Source: Laetmonice hystrix (Eukaryota). From it: DNA of 64,000 bases. Under the pieces are notes generated by a model. That model was not told the origin of the DNA. It was given only the letters and a program-made list of their open reading frames with translations, and searched no databases. Below, in pieces: positions 59,338 to 64,000 of this stretch. The number at the start of each line of letters is the position of its first letter. Positions within the stretch are counted from its first letter, which is position 1. The stretch lies in NCBI GenBank assembly GCA_965235115.1, contig OZ249447.1, positions 14,198,001 through 14,262,000 of the forward strand. The letters run 5' to 3'. A program made the position numbers and the translations under genes.

Positions 59338-61001
59338 GGGGGCGGTTCTCAAGACGGTTCAGCACGGTTAAAAACCGTGCTGAACCGCCCAAAATGACGG
59401 CGGTGGGACCCAAATTCCTAGGTCAAAACACGGTGTGTAGAAGGTGGGGATGCGGTTGTCTGCGCTCAATGAAGGTCAAGATTACCGCGCTTTTCCGCAT
59501 CATCACCGTGTGACCACCTCCCTAAACCGTATAACCACCGCACATTACCGCTATACATTTGTCATCCGTGCTTCAACCGTAGTGAGCCGGTTAAAGCAGG
59601 CCTCACACGGGAACGGTTTTGAAGGCGGTTCAGCACGGTTCAAAACGTCAAATGACATCGCCCAGACACTGTGAGGGTGTGAGGGTGAGGCCTGTTAAAG
59701 GAGAAGTCCAGTCAAAAATCACATTTGGACAGCTGCAAGGCCTCTATATACACTCACCTTTCAGAGTAGTGGTTGGAAATAAATGTCCCCCTATTCCAAG
59801 AAGTCATAAGCTGAACAGACAACCCTGTCAAAATCGCTGGCTTCAGCGGCGCAGCCATTTGTTGCTATTGGGCTGGCCAGAAGTGACGTTCCGGGGCTAA
59901 TCTATTGCATGCCGGGGCTAGGCTAGACTAGACTAAAGTAAAGGCAGCCGAGGCGGGTCGGCAACTCAATGGGGGTCAGTCCCACAGTCACAGTCACAAC
60001 AGGAGTCTGACACTGCCAGCACCCGCCCGCGGTGACGGGTCGGAGTCAGGGCCCGCCCCCCCCCCCGGCCCAGTGGCAGTGGACCTCCGTCAACATCGCA
60101 TCTCTGAGCGGGACGAATTGAATTCAGGCTGCCGAAACCCACGGCTGGAGCTTGCCCAGATCCGTGTCCACCCTGACTGACATCGGTAGGCTTAATTCCT
60201 AGCCATTCCTCATCACTATGATCTATGGTTTTCGTCTATGTTCTAACAAATTTTGCTTATAAGCTGTCAACGTTAACGCTGCCTTTCGAATCGCTCAACG
60301 CAACAGGTGCGTCAGTTTTTCGTTCCTCCCAAACTGGAGAGCAGTGGTCGGAGCATGCGCAATGTGAGATTAGCCCAAGGAGCAGACGCTATGGCGGCCA
60401 CCAGCAGCGGAGTAGGTTCTAAGCAGGCTCCGGCACTAAAGTGCTTATATCTTAACTATTTTAGCACCAATTGTGTTCAAATTTTTTTTAATTGCTTAGA
60501 ACATCACCGCCTGTGTGCCTGGCCTGTACAGACTGGCGGTGGACTTTTCTTTTAAGGTGATGCGGTTGTCCGCACTCAATGAAGGTCAAGATTATCGAAC
60601 TTCCACATCATCACCGTGTGACCTTCCAAAACCATGTAACCACCGCACATTACCGCGGCTATACATTGTCAACCGTGCTTCAACCGACTGAACTGCAACA
60701 CAACGCAGTTGTGTTTTACCCTGTTGTGACCTACTAGCTACCTAGTTATTATATCACCTTGTTGCCACCTACTTCCACCTTCGCTATCCATTTTAAGCGG
60801 TTCTGAAGAGTTGTGAAAGGTGACAACAAGGCAGCTTGCACGTTTTTGAGAATCGCCGTAAAATTTTCAAACATTTTGAAAATCCCGCGGTTTCAAAAAC
60901 GGGGTGGCGGTCAATGGCGAACACCTTCACGGTGTCTGGGTGACGTCATTGAGGTTCACCACGGTTTTGAACCGTGCTGAACCGCCTTCAAACCCGCCCC
61001 C
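59338..61001. mobile_element. Foldback-like non-autonomous element with 40-bp TIRs and internal repeats
   Basis: GGGGGCGGTTCTCAAGACGGTTCAGCACGGTTAAAAACCG versus the reverse complement of the right end (35/40). A ~135-bp direct repeat lies at about 59443-59580 and 60555-60690. No TSD or coding capacity seen. Confidence 0.6.
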
Positions 61002-63205
61002 ATGTGAGGGTTCCTGTTGCCTTTTCTACCAGCGTCCCTCGCTCGCGTCCGGTACAACGAAAAGGTGACTCGTATATTTAGAGTTGAATCAACTCGTTGT
61101 AATCTGTTAGCTAATACGTAAAGTCGTAGGGCAATTCCCAGTGTCTAGCTTTTCAAAGTGTATTTTTATTCTAGTTTAAATTCGATGGATTGCAAAACGA
61201 CCTTCCCACACTGATAACACCAATAGGCCTTTTTTCTTCGGAAAGCATGTAGTGCATGTTTACAAAATATTCATTAGCCTTTCATCTGAGGTTCAATGAC
61301 CTAACGTTCAGTGAGCCGCGCCCAGGTATAGACACAGTAGGAGGGGGGTACAATATGTACTATATACACGGCTTCCTTCGATATTAATGCAGCCTGACGT
61401 AGGATCACTGACAAGTTCAGCGTGTCGTCCCAGATTAATTACAAAGCACACTCTAGGAGAATATCCCCTCGGAGCACCCCCCCACCCCACCCCCACCCCC
61501 CACCCCACCCCCACCCCCCCACCCCACCCCGGCCCTGCTCCTGGCGTTTCTCCTAGCAGCCCAACGTTTTCATTTCCGCCAGGCGTATTAAAGAACGTGT
61601 CCTGGCCTCAAGGAGATCACGTGGGGAGAAGTAATGTGGAGAATCATGTCCATCTGAACTGAACGGTTGCCTCCAGCTGCACAATATTTTCGTGACGCTG
61701 ACCAGATGTAACTGAAAGCCTGTGGCATGCACCGGTCTGCGAGGGAAACGTTGGGCTAGGAAAGAAATTAGAAACATTTTTAGAACCCTTAGGCAGCGTT
61801 CATTATCTATACCGGGGCCGCTAATTTCCAAGCGGCCACTTGTACTAAAACCACGCCCCACTGAATTCCGTGACCAAAATCACGACCCTCCCCCCCCTTC
61901 TGCTGGTGAACTAAAATAATACAATGCAGCTCGCAAAGCGAGCTCTATGACAACACGTGTGTATATAGACAAGGGGGGCCAATATCAATCCACGCCTCCC
62001 GTACAATTGTCGTCACGTAAAACTGGAACCGGAAACCCCATGGAGCAAAATTCATGGAGGGTGACTCCTGCAGAGGTTGTGACAATCGGAATGACCGAGC
62101 CATTTACAGTTTACTTTGCTTTCGGGAAATAGACTCGGATAGTAAAAGTGTAGAAATTCGACGGACATTTAACGGGAATCTGCCGGATGTGTGGTGTGGT
62201 CTCTGATCCGACCGATTGAAAATAGAGTGCAGTCGATTCCTTCCATGGAGACTGAGAAGGGTACGTACACACCCTTCGCACTCTCCCCTCTATACTAGCG
62301 CCATACAGTCATGGAAACACATGTGATTTTCAACTTGTAGGCCTACAATCGCACCAACCCTTCGAGAATATTGATGGGGTTGGATAGGAAGAAAAGTAAA
62401 AGAAAACAGTGGTTCGTATAGGTATTGATCTATACCATCAGTGGTATAGAAAATACTGAAGTTGTTGATGTTGAGGGTTGAGTATGGATCAACCTCACAG
62501 AATTGATAGTTCTTTGATATCCTACAACTTGTTGGCCCCCAACTTGCTCATGTAGGCATTTAAGTTAGAAAATTGTTGTTACTCGTCCCAGTGTATATTT
62601 ATGACGCGACTTGTGATTTGGGCTTGAATCGCAAGGGGTTCTACAGTTCATGACCTTTAGTACACAGCAATCCTAAGTATACTTCTGATTCAGCAGGCAT
62701 TGCTGGCAAATATTTCCTGGCCGATTTCTTGGTAAGATATGCCTCCGTCATTATTCACCTGGCAAGGATGCTGCCACGTCATGATCAGTAGAACACAGGG
62801 TGAATAGGCCTACGTTCATAATGCTGAAGAGGAAGCCCCTATCAGCTTTCGGCATTCTGTGGAAAGTGGTGAGGCATTCAGAGATTTACAGATCGACGGG
62901 AGATGTTCAATGACAAAGTGCATCACTAACTGTTAGTGAACCACTACTATAGTCTGGCTGAGGATTGTGCCCTGTGGCTGTCTCAAGTGAAGTGGATACA
63001 TAAATTTGAAAACATCCTCTGAGCTGACGCATTGCCTCCTGCATAATGTGTGCATGTGGAAGCATTGCTATTTTGTGAACATCAAACTGGTACAGTCTAG
63101 GAAAGTTCTATGAACCTTTCTATAGGAGAGCTCTCGCCTGCATTGATTAGAATCTACCCCTGTGCCCTATCGTAGTGTGAGTTATCCTGACTCCCAAACA
63201 GCGAA

Positions 63206-63504
63206 CTACTCGGTCCAGGAATCGGATTGGAAACCGTTTTGTGAAGCGCACCAGTTGCCTGTAGCCTGCCTGCCAGTGGTGAAGGGTTCTGGGATGCTGG
63301 GATGCATGCCTGTATGCATGGACCAACAGACGCTCGGCCGGACGGTCAACCAAGCGGCATTAAATGTCCCAGTGTGATCGGCGTAGGCCACCTCTAGATC
63401 GGCTAGCTGCACGGCGGCCAGTGAACGCCGGGCTGGGTTCAGTCTGCGCGTTGGAAAGAGACGGTTTACTTCACCACTACTGCCAAGACTGGGGAGATGG
63501 TTAA
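63206..63504 (-). CDS. Possible terminal coding exon of a minus-strand gene starting beyond the window; product unknown
   Basis: Acceptor CCTACCTCCAG, then a 99-codon open frame ending in TAG (NHLPSLGSSGEVNRLFPTRRLNPARRSL...GFQSDSWTE*), more GC-rich than its flanks. No recognised motif. Confidence 0.38.
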
Positions 63505-64000
63505 CTGGAGGTAGGCATTGCATTTTTTAATCAAGGGTTTACAGGATTTGGGAGCATTTGAAATTATTTATACATACAAAATTCTAAGAAATTTATACTT
63601 CATTATCGAACGAAGCGTTGAGCCAATAGGATCATGTTGGGATAATGATTAACATTAATGTTTGCTCCTTACTGCAATACATTCTTTTGTATTTGATGCA
63701 TTAGTCCACTTTAAAGGCGGCTAGGTTCGAATAGAACTCTAGGAGCAAGTTTAATATCTATAGATAACATGAAATTAAAGAACATGGCCGTACGCAAGAA
63801 CATTTATGAATGGCTTAACTTACTACCTAGCCTAGATTTAAGGTTAGGTACGTTTGGTATTCAAGTTTAATTAAATTTTATTGTGCTTGGCCAGAGAAAT
63901 AAGGGCCATTCTCCAAAAAGGACAAAGGGCTAGAAAATTCTGACTTTCCGGCGACTGCTGAATAGGCGTAAATCCACGGATTGGGCTAATCTCGAGACCA

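Noticed and set aside
3808-61535. Many poly-G/poly-C runs and a (CACCC)n tract near 61485-61530 as regulatory G-quadruplexes
   Set aside because: They are common here, often inside MITE remnants, and homopolymer lengths are error-prone; nothing singles out a function.

Overview
Eukaryotic, intron-rich animal DNA with AT-rich GT-AG introns, probably from an invertebrate. I found no prokaryotic features and no CRISPR array. All gene models were spliced by hand and checked for reading-frame phase. (1) Two tandem monoglyceride-lipase-like (MGLL) paralogs on +: the last four exons of one (243-1225) and a complete 8-exon, 291-aa copy (4616-8577). (2) A decayed 1,391-bp PIF/Harbinger-type transposon (12391-13781). 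(3) A 3-exon, 255-aa SH2 + proline-rich + WW adaptor gene on - (15198-16508). (4) Head-to-head with it, a ~59-exon gene on + (21366-56679) encoding about 3,540 aa. Its order is: MGAGAS myristoylation motif, 7 cupredoxin-like repeats without the type-1 copper Cys, a chitobiase/Fn3-associated-type domain, about 16 FN3 domains with a disordered linker, a thioredoxin-like domain without CxxC, and a basic tail. A consensus RFX X-box lies upstream, so this is a candidate ciliary scaffold (inference). Its introns hold MITEs, a tRNA-derived SINE-like insert and several minisatellites. One is a ~3.35-kb array of about 100 copies of a 34-bp unit made of the exon 3' end plus the splice donor. (5) The right end has nested repeats, a foldback-like element and a possible terminal exon of a minus-strand gene. 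No database searches were run; family names come from motif recognition.
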